From the IMG/VR virus record IMGVR_UViG_3300015199_000001, positions 1 through 42,453 of that record: DNA of 42,453 bases. One strand, 5' to 3'. Below are positions 15,744 to 22,668 of the stretch, in pieces; the first letter of the stretch is position 1; each line of letters opens with the position of its first letter. This DNA is from a virus. The notes beneath the pieces were generated by a model, which was given only the letters and a program-made list of their open reading frames with translations, did not search any database and was not told the origin of the DNA. Position numbers and translations under genes: made by a program.

Positions 15744-15766
15744 CACTCCCGTTGTTGTTGGGAGTG
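15744..15766 (-). promoter_or_regulatory. Hairpin CACUCCC-AACAACAAC-GGGAGUG that pairs the Shine-Dalgarno sequence of gene 15551..15739
   Basis: 7-bp perfect stem. The 3' arm contains GGGAG 4 nt before the ATG. Confidence 0.35.
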
Positions 15767-15795
15767 ATATTGGACACATCGTCCAACTATGTCAA
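15767..15795 (-). promoter_or_regulatory. P_L-like promoter (TTGACA-N17-CAATAT) reading leftward
   Basis: The minus strand reads TTGACAtagTTGGACGATGTGTCCAATAT. The operator is embedded in the spacer. Confidence 0.5.
15770..15786. promoter_or_regulatory. Operator O_L1: 17-bp palindrome TTGGAC-N5-GTCCAA
   Basis: Exact reverse complement of the site at 16149..16165. Confidence 0.6.
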
Positions 15796-15810
15796 GGACA
15801 ATCTGTCCAA
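15794..15810. promoter_or_regulatory. Operator O_L2: AAGGACAATCTGTCCAA (variant of the same palindrome)
   Basis: GGAC-N7-GTCC core with the same spacing. Overlaps the -35 of P_L. Confidence 0.45.
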
Positions 15811-15815
15811 GTCAT

Positions 15816-16091
15816 TTATGCCAGTTTTCGGGCGCTTTCCGGCCTTTGGGCGCGATTCGCCGTGGTCTTTCCGGTTAAAATATATTCGATCTCGCGCCCG
15901 ACGATCAGTGCGAACCGCTGGATCAGATAGTGAGGCAGCGGCGAGCGGTATTCGTATTTGCGATAGCGGTCGGGCGGAACGCCCAGGGCGGTCGCCATTT
16001 GGGCGGAAGTCCAGCCGCGATCATTACGGAGTTTATGCGTCCGCGCACACAAGGCCTCATTGAAGGCCTGTTCTTCTGACATTCCCACCAT
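15816..16091 (-). CDS. CI-like repressor, XRE-family HTH, no peptidase domain (about 92 aa)
   Basis: HTH segment RGWTSAQMATALGVPPDRYRKYEYRSP. Sits between the two operator-bearing divergent promoters as lambda cI does. Start at 16091 or 16082. Confidence 0.6.
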   Translation of the reverse strand: MVGMSEEQAFNEALCARTHKLRNDRGWTSAQMATALGVPPDRYRKYEYRSPLPHYLIQRFALIVGREIEYILTGKTTANRAQRPESARKLA

Positions 16092-16139
16092 GCCCGAAGA
16101 ATAGCGCCAAAGCGTCCCAAGGTCTTTTGACACGGGGGC

Positions 16140-16168
16140 TTGACAACTTTGGACGATGTGTCCAATCA
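16140..16168 (+). promoter_or_regulatory. P_R-like promoter (TTGACA-N17-CAATCA) reading rightward
   Basis: TTGACAactTTGGACGATGTGTCCAATCA, the same module as P_L. ATG 16176 is only about 8 nt past the -10. Confidence 0.5.
16149..16165. promoter_or_regulatory. Operator O_R: TTGGACGATGTGTCCAA
   Basis: Perfect inverted copy of 15770..15786. Confidence 0.6.
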
Positions 16169-16175
16169 TGTCGCC

Positions 16176-16391
16176 ATGTCCGAAACAACCCTATCTTGGA
16201 AACTAGTCGATGATGTCGCCGCAGATTTGGGCGCGGGCGAAGCGGGGCGTCTTAAATGGCGCCAGCGCGACGCGGGCGTCCCTCCAAAGTGGCGCATTGC
16301 GGTCGCTCAAGAACTCATGCGCCGGGGCATCCCGGTCGCGCTGGCTGACTTTGACAGGCTGACAACTGCGCCGGGAAGGATTGCCGCATGA
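16176..16391 (+). CDS. Cro-like small DNA-binding protein (71 aa)
   Basis: First gene of the rightward operon. Contains KWRQRDAGVPPKWRIAVAQEL, a YdaS/Cro-like pattern. Confidence 0.5.
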   Translation: MSETTLSWKLVDDVAADLGAGEAGRLKWRQRDAGVPPKWRIAVAQELMRRGIPVALADFDRLTTAPGRIAA

Positions 16392-16488
16392 TCTTGGCGA
16401 TTCCCTTCGCCAACGGGCGTCGCTGCGCTCCCCATGCGACGCCCACCCCATCGCCCGCGAACGATAACGACGATTGGAGCGATGTGGC

Positions 16489-16647
16489 ATGAAGCGTTTT
16501 GCAATCGCCTCGTGCATATTTCTGACTCCGCTTGCGGTCACCGGGCTGCTCGTCATGGCTCCGCCAGCCCTGCTCCTGTGCCTGTGTGTCGCCGTGGGTT
16601 TGGCGAGCATCGGGTGGATTAGTTGGCAACTGGCGGGGATCATCTAA
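16489..16647 (+). CDS. Small membrane protein (52 aa)
   Basis: Two hydrophobic helices. Start-stop coupled. Below the ORF-track cutoff. Confidence 0.35.
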   Translation: MKRFAIASCIFLTPLAVTGLLVMAPPALLLCLCVAVGLASIGWISWQLAGII

Positions 16648-16818
16648 ATGGACGCCATCGCCATTTACGCCCTGTTCCTCGCCTTCGCCGGGCTGTTCGT
16701 TCTCGGGTGCTGCCGCCTCTCGGGCGCGGCTGACGATACGCTCGATGAGCGATGCCAAGGCGACTGGCCGCATGTCCCGGGCGTCGAGATTCCCTCCTTC
16801 CATGACGGGGGTGTGTAG
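16648..16818 (+). CDS. Small membrane protein (56 aa)
   Basis: N-terminal helix AIAIYALFLAFAGLFVLGCC. Immediately follows the previous stop. Confidence 0.35.
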   Translation: MDAIAIYALFLAFAGLFVLGCCRLSGAADDTLDERCQGDWPHVPGVEIPSFHDGGV

Positions 16819-16820
16819 CG

Positions 16821-17144
16821 ATGTCGGCGCCAATAATCCTTGGCTTAGCAAAACGCGAGGCGCTGGCCCGCATCGGCGCCGCGCTGCTGCAAACCAAGAA
16901 CGCCAACAAACTCACCCTCGATGAGATGGCGGAAACAATGTCGCGCTCCGACGAGGCTGTGGCGCAGTATATCGCTGGCGAGGCCGAGATGGGCGTCACC
17001 GCATGGTTGAAGGCGGTGAAGGCATGGCCCGACCTTGAATCCCGCCTTGCCTATCACCTGATGGACGAAGCCGAAAAGGCTTTCCGCGCCAGTCAGCGCA
17101 TCCTGAACCTCCCGATGCCCGAGTCAATGGAGAAGGCCGCATGA
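16821..17144 (+). CDS. HTH regulator (CII-position, 107 aa)
   Basis: LTLDEMAETMSRSDEAVAQYIAGEAEMG helix-turn-helix-like segment. Confidence 0.45.
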   Translation: MSAPIILGLAKREALARIGAALLQTKNANKLTLDEMAETMSRSDEAVAQYIAGEAEMGVTAWLKAVKAWPDLESRLAYHLMDEAEKAFRASQRILNLPMPESMEKAA

Positions 17145-17320
17145 CAGCCCTATCACGAACACTTCAATTTGAGGCCTGCGAACGGGGATTTATTTTCACC
17201 GATTACCGGATCAGCAGCGACGCCCGCCGCGTGTTCGCCTTCGATAAAATCGAGGACGCCGCCGCATGGCTCGTCGAGTGCCACTTCGACATGGCGAATT
17301 GCGCGAAGTGCGGCAAATGA
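17141..17320 (+). CDS. Hypothetical protein (59 aa)
   Basis: ATGA-coupled on both sides. Confidence 0.4.
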   Translation: MTALSRTLQFEACERGFIFTDYRISSDARRVFAFDKIEDAAAWLVECHFDMANCAKCGK

Positions 17321-17451
17321 TAGCCCGCCTCGCAGCCCGATACCTCGCCAGCCTTCGCCACCGCAAGGCCAAGCCCGACTATCGCGCCGTTGCTCGCCAG
17401 CTTCGCGAAGAATGCGGATTGCCGCCGTCTCCTGCGTTGGGCGGCTGCTGA
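17317..17451 (+). CDS. Hypothetical basic protein (44 aa)
   Basis: ATGA-coupled start inside listed ORF 17266..17451. Confidence 0.3.
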   Translation: MIARLAARYLASLRHRKAKPDYRAVARQLREECGLPPSPALGGC

Positions 17452-17454
17452 GCC

Positions 17455-17850
17455 GTGGCGACCGGGGGGTCGATCATCATACCGAATGAGCGGGCGGTTC
17501 AGCGCTCGATTATCAAGCTGCTGCGTGTCGCGTTCCCCAAGGTATTCACCTTCGCCGTCCCCAACGGGGCTGTGCTGGCGGGCAATGCCGGACAGCGGGC
17601 GCGGCAAATGGGTGCATTGCTTGGCGACGGCCTGGTCAAGGGTTGCCCGGACATTTGCTGCTTGTGGGCGAACGGCTCGGCGATGTTGGAGGTTAAGCGC
17701 CCCAAGGGAAGCCGCACCAGCGACGAGCAAAAGGCTATCCACGCGCTGCTAGGGACGCTTGGCATCCCCGTTAGCATAGTCCGGTCGCCCGACGAGGCTC
17801 ATGCGGCCCTGCGCGCTGCCGGGGCGCCTTGCTGCGGGGTGCTGTCGTGA
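17455..17850 (+). CDS. VRR-NUC domain nuclease
   Basis: ERAVQRSIIKLL...GLVKGCPDICCLW..GSAMLEVKRPKGSRTSDEQKAIHALLGTLGIPVSIVRSPDEA matches the VRR-NUC pattern (PD..(D/E)xK). Confidence 0.7.
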   Translation: MATGGSIIIPNERAVQRSIIKLLRVAFPKVFTFAVPNGAVLAGNAGQRARQMGALLGDGLVKGCPDICCLWANGSAMLEVKRPKGSRTSDEQKAIHALLGTLGIPVSIVRSPDEAHAALRAAGAPCCGVLS

Positions 17851-18452
17851 CGGACTTCATCATCGTGCAAGACCACCCGTCGCTGCTGCTGTATGTTGAC
17901 GACCTCCAGCGGAAGAATGCCGAAGCGCTTTCATTTTATCCGCGCCAAGTGTTCGAGCGCGAGGCCGAGCGGGGCCGCATTTTCCTTGGCCTGCTTAACG
18001 GCGAGCCGTGCGGCTATATTTACATGGGGGCCGGGGCGGTTGACGTAAAGTGCCATCAGGTTTGCATCCAATACGATGCCCGCCGCCGCCTTTACGGGGC
18101 GGCGCTGGTGGCCGCGATGGAAGAATACGCCGAGCGCCACAATGCTTCGTCTGTCACACTCCGCTGCGGCTTCGACTTAGAGGCAAACGACTTCTGGGGC
18201 GACATGGGCTACGGCGTTATCGCATCCCACACTGGCGGCATCCGCCGGATGCGGACAATCAACGTGTGGCGCAAGGAAATCCGCCCCGGCCTGTTCGCGC
18301 CAATATTCATCGAGCCAGCGCGCGGCAAGGCGGATGCGTCCGTATGGCGGAAGCATAAGCAAACCGGCGTCGTCACCCAATTCGTGCGCGGGAAAGCCAT
18401 GCGCGATTATCGGGCAATGGTGATCGGCAAGTCCGATGGCGACGTCTCATGA
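17847..18452 (+). CDS. GNAT-family N-acetyltransferase with C-terminal extension
   Basis: GTGA coupling. VCIQYDARRRLYGAALVAAMEEYAERHNASSVTLRCGFDLEANDFWGDMGY is GNAT core-like. Confidence 0.55.
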   Translation: MTDFIIVQDHPSLLLYVDDLQRKNAEALSFYPRQVFEREAERGRIFLGLLNGEPCGYIYMGAGAVDVKCHQVCIQYDARRRLYGAALVAAMEEYAERHNASSVTLRCGFDLEANDFWGDMGYGVIASHTGGIRRMRTINVWRKEIRPGLFAPIFIEPARGKADASVWRKHKQTGVVTQFVRGKAMRDYRAMVIGKSDGDVS

Positions 18453-18604
18453 CCCCAACCCAGTTCAAACGCCCCCGCACAGCAAGCAAGCTGGTGGTGG
18501 AGTTCCGTAACAAGGAACGTGGCGGGCCATATCTCGCCGGGCAAATCCGCTGGTCGGATACGAATAGCGATTGGGACGTGGTTGCTGCGGAGGCAGCCGC
18601 ATGA
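18449..18604 (+). CDS. Hypothetical protein (51 aa)
   Basis: ATGA-coupled on both sides. Confidence 0.35.
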   Translation: MTPTQFKRPRTASKLVVEFRNKERGGPYLAGQIRWSDTNSDWDVVAAEAAA

Positions 18605-18789
18605 GCTACACCCGCCTTCGCCGTGTAATCCACGCCTATCGCTTCATCCGCGACATGGCCCGCGTCGGTCAGCTCGAAAAGACACAATCGCGCTTCGTCG
18701 CCAACACATACGGCCTGGAGGTCGAATTGGTGAAGCGGATGAAGGCGCGGTTCAGGAATGAACTTAGCTTTAGTGGGGAGGGGAAATGA
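18601..18789 (+). CDS. Hypothetical protein (62 aa)
   Basis: ATGA-coupled. Confidence 0.4.
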   Translation: MSYTRLRRVIHAYRFIRDMARVGQLEKTQSRFVANTYGLEVELVKRMKARFRNELSFSGEGK

Positions 18790-19118
18790 CCGACGCCGAC
18801 CGCATTTCGCAATGGGCCTCTGTGCCGTATCCGCTGGCCGAACTTGCCGTCTTTGGGGCGCTGCTGTTCGGACTTCCGCTTAAAGACGTGCGCTCGGACA
18901 GTCGCCGCCAACCCCTTGTCCGCTGCCGCAGTTGGATTGCCCGCCAAGCCCGCCGCGAAGGCTACAGCTTCCCTCAGATCGGACGGGCGATCAACCGCGA
19001 TCATTCGACCGTTATGTATGCGATTTCGGGGGATCAATCCGTATCCGCCCACCCAATCGCATCGGGAAATGCTATAGAACAAGGCGTGAACAAGCAAGCA
19101 GAAAGATACGCCGCATGA
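18786..19118 (+). CDS. DnaA domain IV-like HTH protein
   Basis: RRQPLVRCRSWIARQARREGYSFPQIGRAINRDHSTVMYAI parallels the DnaA C-terminal R..aR..a....S...IG....rDHtTV. Confidence 0.65.
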   Translation: MTDADRISQWASVPYPLAELAVFGALLFGLPLKDVRSDSRRQPLVRCRSWIARQARREGYSFPQIGRAINRDHSTVMYAISGDQSVSAHPIASGNAIEQGVNKQAERYAA

Positions 19119-19705
19119 CCACCGCCGCCGACCTTGTTGCCCTAATGGCAGAAGCTGGGACGCCGCCTGAGTTGCTGGCGGCTGTCGCCCAGCGGCTGTT
19201 CGCTGGCGAGACGGCGCAAGAGGCCATCGACGCCCGGCGAGCGAATGACCGGGATCGCAAGGCGCGGAAATCACGGGAAGTCACGGGAACGGACGTGACC
19301 GACGCGGAAATCACGAATTCCCCTTTCCCCCTTACGCCCCCCCTAAAAGTTTCCCCGGACCCCTTCAAAATAACCCCCCCTATATCCCCCATACCCACCA
19401 CTGAATCGCGCGGGTGTCGATTGCGGGATGATTGGAAGCCAGAACCTCTGAACGGCAAGGCGCTGACGATGGTCGAACGCTGGCAGCCAGGCGAGGTTGA
19501 GCGGGAGATCGCCAAGTTCCGAAATTACTGGATGGCCCGAGCGGGCAAGGATGCCTGCCGAACCAACTGGCAGCGAACCTTCATCAACTGGCTCATTTCA
19601 GCGGACGAACGGAAACCACGATATGACCAACGACAACAGCATTCAAGCCGCACAAGCGAGGCCGTCTACGCCGTCATTGGTGACGACCCCCACGCCCCGT
19701 TTTAA
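19115..19705 (+). CDS. Replication initiation / replisome-organiser-like protein
   Basis: ATGA-coupled. Proline-rich linker flanked by domains. C-terminal FRNYWMARAGKDACRTNWQRTFINWL motif typical of phage replication proteins. The iteron block lies inside the gene. Confidence 0.5.
   Translation: MTTAADLVALMAEAGTPPELLAAVAQRLFAGETAQEAIDARRANDRDRKARKSREVTGTDVTDAEITNSPFPLTPPLKVSPDPFKITPPISPIPTTESRGCRLRDDWKPEPLNGKALTMVERWQPGEVEREIAKFRNYWMARAGKDACRTNWQRTFINWLISADERKPRYDQRQQHSSRTSEAVYAVIGDDPHAPF
19262..19400. promoter_or_regulatory. Origin-like element: iterons followed by a strand-asymmetric C/T-rich tract with A4 runs
   Basis: CGCGGAAATCACG x2 (19263, 19303), TCACGGGAA x2 (19271, 19281) and an inverted CGTGAC, followed by CCCTTTCCCCCTTACGCCCCCCCTAAAAG... 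Confidence 0.4.
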
Positions 19706-20072
19706 CCTCGTTCCGGCAAGCAAGGCCGAGGGAACCGCGCAGCTCGCTTCCTGCTTAGTCTTAGTCGTTCCGTCCGGCATGACGGCCAACGAACGCGAGC
19801 AATGGCTGAAGGCGGCGCGCATGGCCCTGTCCGGCATTCCCGCCGATCTCCTCGCCGATGGCTGCGCCGAAGCCCGCAAGCGTTGCCGCTTTCCGTCAGA
19901 GATTGTCCCGACGATCCTTGAGGCCATCGGCAGGCGTTGGGGCTGGCGCAAGGCCGATGCTAAAGCGGATGCACCCAAGCGATTGCCCGCCCCCCGCGAC
20001 GAGGTTGAAACGATCGGTGCAAACGAGGTCGCCAAGCTGCTCGAAACGCTGGCGGGGAAGCTGGCAGCATGA
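19623..20072 (+). CDS. Hypothetical protein (149 aa)
   Basis: Internal ATG of listed ORF 19497..20072. Overlaps the previous gene by 83 nt. ATGA-coupled to the methylase. Confidence 0.45.
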   Translation: MTNDNSIQAAQARPSTPSLVTTPTPRFNLVPASKAEGTAQLASCLVLVVPSGMTANEREQWLKAARMALSGIPADLLADGCAEARKRCRFPSEIVPTILEAIGRRWGWRKADAKADAPKRLPAPRDEVETIGANEVAKLLETLAGKLAA

Positions 20073-21235
20073 GCGTTCGCATTCTCATCGGCGACTGCCG
20101 CGAACGGATGGGGGAGCTTGCCGACGCGAGTGTGGACTCGGTTGTGTGCGATCCGCCTTATCATCTGACGAGCATCGTCAAGCGGTTCGGTGCCGCCAAC
20201 GCAGCCCCGGCGAAAGTCGGCAAGACCGGCGCCTACGCTCGCGCAAGCAAGGGCTTTATGGGTCAAACATGGGACGGCGGCGATGTCGCGTTCCAGCAGG
20301 AAACATGGGCCGAGGTGCTGCGAGTGCTGAAACCGGGCGGGCATATCGTCGCGTTCAGCGGGACGCGGACCTATCACCGCATGGCCGTGGCGATTGAGGA
20401 CGCGGGGTTCGAGATACGCGACCAGCTTGCTTGGGTATATGGTTCGGGATTCCCCAAATCTCATAACCTTGACGGCGAATGGCAAGGATGGGGAACCGCG
20501 CTCAAGCCCGCATGGGAGCCTATCGCGCTCGCCCGCAAGCCGCTGATCGGGACGGTAGCCCGGAACGTGATGGAGTATGGCACCGGGGCGATTAATATTG
20601 ACGGGTGCCGGATTGAGACGGAGGATGGTAAGCCCGCTTGGCACTATCCGCAAGGCCCGCAAGGACGCACTGGCAAGGGCACATGGAACGATACGAACAG
20701 CGGATATAAGCCAATAGCTGAAGAATACAGCGCGCCAGCACTAGGCCGCTGGCCCGCCAACATCATCCACGATGGTAGCGATGAAGTGCTGGCGGGGTTT
20801 CCTGATGCACGCTCCTACTGCAACAACCCAGAAACCGCGAAGCGCGCGGGCGGGAAAACATTTGAGAACACCCCGCGCAATGTCGGAATACTGCCGAGCG
20901 AAGGAGCCTTCGAGCGCGGGCAAATGTATAGCGACTCCGGCACTGCCGCCCGTTTCTTCTATTCGGCCAAGGTAAGCGCCGAGGAGCGCGGCGAGGGCAA
21001 CAATCATCCGACCGTGAAGCCGCAAGCCCTGATGCGCTGGCTGTGTCGCCTCATCACGCCGCCCGGCGGGACAGTCCTCGACCCGTTCATGGGCAGCGGC
21101 TCGACCCTGATCGCAGCCGACGCCGAGCAATTCAACGCCATCGGGTGCGAACTGTCGCCAGAATATGCCGCTATTGCCGAGCGCCGCATCAGAGCCGCCG
21201 CCGGAATGTTCGCTGATGTAGGGATCGCAGCATGA
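20069..21235 (+). CDS. DNA methyltransferase (N6-adenine/N4-cytosine, beta-class order DPPY then FxGxG)
   Basis: VVCDPPYH near the N-terminus. HPTVKPQALMRWL and DPFMGSGST near the C-terminus. No adjacent endonuclease. Confidence 0.8.
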   Translation: MSVRILIGDCRERMGELADASVDSVVCDPPYHLTSIVKRFGAANAAPAKVGKTGAYARASKGFMGQTWDGGDVAFQQETWAEVLRVLKPGGHIVAFSGTRTYHRMAVAIEDAGFEIRDQLAWVYGSGFPKSHNLDGEWQGWGTALKPAWEPIALARKPLIGTVARNVMEYGTGAINIDGCRIETEDGKPAWHYPQGPQGRTGKGTWNDTNSGYKPIAEEYSAPALGRWPANIIHDGSDEVLAGFPDARSYCNNPETAKRAGGKTFENTPRNVGILPSEGAFERGQMYSDSGTAARFFYSAKVSAEERGEGNNHPTVKPQALMRWLCRLITPPGGTVLDPFMGSGSTLIAADAEQFNAIGCELSPEYAAIAERRIRAAAGMFADVGIAA

Positions 21236-21366
21236 CCGACCGCCCCGTTCACCAAGCCAAGCTAGTCCTGCTCTATCGGGTTAGGTCGTGGGTCGACGGG
21301 GAGATACGGTTTCTTGAGGCTTTGCTGGATCGGCCGGCGAGCTTGCGGAGGAAGGGCAAGGAATGA
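21232..21366 (+). CDS. Hypothetical protein (44 aa)
   Basis: ATGA-coupled on both sides. Confidence 0.3.
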   Translation: MTDRPVHQAKLVLLYRVRSWVDGEIRFLEALLDRPASLRRKGKE

Positions 21367-21593
21367 GCGAAAATCGCGCCTTCACAGACCGCTGTATTTC
21401 CCGTCTTCAACGCATCGGCATTCACGACGGGTTGTTTGCCGTCGCTTGCACTGGATATCTAATTCGGCACGGGCGAATTGCATACGACGCGGAGCGCGAC
21501 CTGTTCTGGACCTCGCCAACGAGCGGGCCGCCGCAAGTGGCGGTGTGGATGATGCCGTTGGTTATGGAGGGCGATCATGGCGAACAGGCGTAA
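21363..21593 (+). CDS. Hypothetical protein (76 aa)
   Basis: Operon context. Confidence 0.4.
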   Translation: MSENRAFTDRCISRLQRIGIHDGLFAVACTGYLIRHGRIAYDAERDLFWTSPTSGPPQVAVWMMPLVMEGDHGEQA

Positions 21594-22215
21594 GGCCGGA
21601 AGGCGCGTCGGGGGCAGGCTGTCGCAAGCCAAGCCCGACAAGCTGGCGCGCGAAACTCGGGTCGATCCGTGCGAGCATATCCTTGCCCGCCGCAAGCTGT
21701 TCGCATTCGTCACCCCGACCAAAGGCCCGGACGGCAGGGTGGGCGAGATCGACCAAGACGTTTGCGACGGCATCGGCCAGCTTCACGCATTGGGCAAGCT
21801 CGACGGCCACGGGATTGACCCGCAGGAATTGCGCGACAAGGGGCGGCTCTACGGCGAATTATACTGGAATCGCTATCAGGCCACCGCGCCCAAAATGGGC
21901 ACATTCGAGCGCGCCGACAAATCGACCAATAGCTATGACGGCCCAACCGGACGCGACCTGCTATTCAGCCGCATGGACGACGCGCTTGCGGGATATGACC
22001 GGGAGTGCCTGTTTGACCTCGTGGTGGATAAGGCTTGGGGCGACGACATCACGGGCTGGGCGCAGGCGATCATTGACCACGAGCTGCTGCAACGGGGCAG
22101 GGTTCCAACGTTCATGCGCTTTCCAACGGCGGATGACTATGGGCGGCTTGAGGCTTGCATTCGGGCGCTGGCCGCATTGGTTGATGGCTGCCTCCCCGCG
22201 AGGTGGGCAGCATGA
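21577..22215 (+). CDS. Hypothetical protein (212 aa) in the position of a late-gene regulator
   Basis: Last large early gene before the late promoter/terminator unit. No recognisable motif. Confidence 0.45.
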   Translation: MANRRKAGRRVGGRLSQAKPDKLARETRVDPCEHILARRKLFAFVTPTKGPDGRVGEIDQDVCDGIGQLHALGKLDGHGIDPQELRDKGRLYGELYWNRYQATAPKMGTFERADKSTNSYDGPTGRDLLFSRMDDALAGYDRECLFDLVVDKAWGDDITGWAQAIIDHELLQRGRVPTFMRFPTADDYGRLEACIRALAALVDGCLPARWAA

Positions 22216-22424
22216 GCGCCTGGAATCATCGCGTGGTGCGCTCAATCGAGGACGGGGAGGAATGGCTTGGCATTCACGAGGCGTTCTACGACATCGACGG
22301 CGGAACCGTGTGGACGGAAAGCCCGGTTGGCGTCATCGGCGAAAGCATTGACGAGCTGCGCGAGACGCTGGAGCGGATGCTGGCGAGCCTCGACAAATCG
22401 GTGTTGGGGGAACCATCGAAATAA
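22212..22424 (+). CDS. Hypothetical acidic protein (70 aa)
   Basis: ATGA-coupled. Confidence 0.4.
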   Translation: MSAWNHRVVRSIEDGEEWLGIHEAFYDIDGGTVWTESPVGVIGESIDELRETLERMLASLDKSVLGEPSK

Positions 22425-22450
22425 TTATGCGTTCAACTGCCGTTCCCCTA

Positions 22451-22479
22451 TTGACGGCAGTTACAAAAGCTGCTATACG
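22451..22479 (+). promoter_or_regulatory. Sigma-70-like promoter TTGACG-N17-TATACG (late promoter candidate)
   Basis: Read directly. Lies in an AT-richer 240-bp gap between the early and late genes. Confidence 0.5.
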
Positions 22480-22485
22480 CGAAGC

Positions 22486-22548
22486 CGTATTCTAAAATTG
22501 TAACTGCGCCCAGAGCGCATCGAGGCTCGCCCAACGGCGGGCCTTTTC
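22486..22548 (+). ncRNA. Candidate about-60-nt promoter-proximal transcript ending at an intrinsic terminator
   Basis: Promoter at 22451..22479, internal hairpin TGCGC-N5-GCGCA, then terminator 22524..22548. Confidence 0.35.
22524..22548 (+). terminator. Intrinsic terminator GGCUCGCC-CAAC-GGCGGGCC-UUUUCC
   Basis: 8-bp stem (one G-U pair), 4-nt loop, T4 run. Confidence 0.6.
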
Positions 22549-22668
22549 CGTTCCGCGCCTACGTCGTAGCGACGCGGCGCCGCCGAAGCCGCTCCCTCCA
22601 GCCGACACATGAAATGATGAACGGCGCGATAGCTCAGGTTTCGGCGGCATAATTCCAGGAGTCTTGCG

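Noticed and set aside
15816-16091. LexA/CI-type autocleaving repressor
   Set aside because: The protein is only about 92 aa and ends shortly after the HTH. No Ala-Gly/Ser-Lys peptidase S24 module is present.
19643-20662. 339-aa minus-strand ORF, with similar long antisense or alternate-frame ORFs at 21314..22351 (+), 30670..31338 (-), 31462..32070 (-), 32540..33049 (-), 16315..16851 (-) and 17203..17742 (-)
   Set aside because: Arg/Pro/Ala/Gly-rich shadow frames typical of high-GC DNA. Each lies entirely over genes with recognisable motifs or tight start-stop coupling on the other strand or frame.
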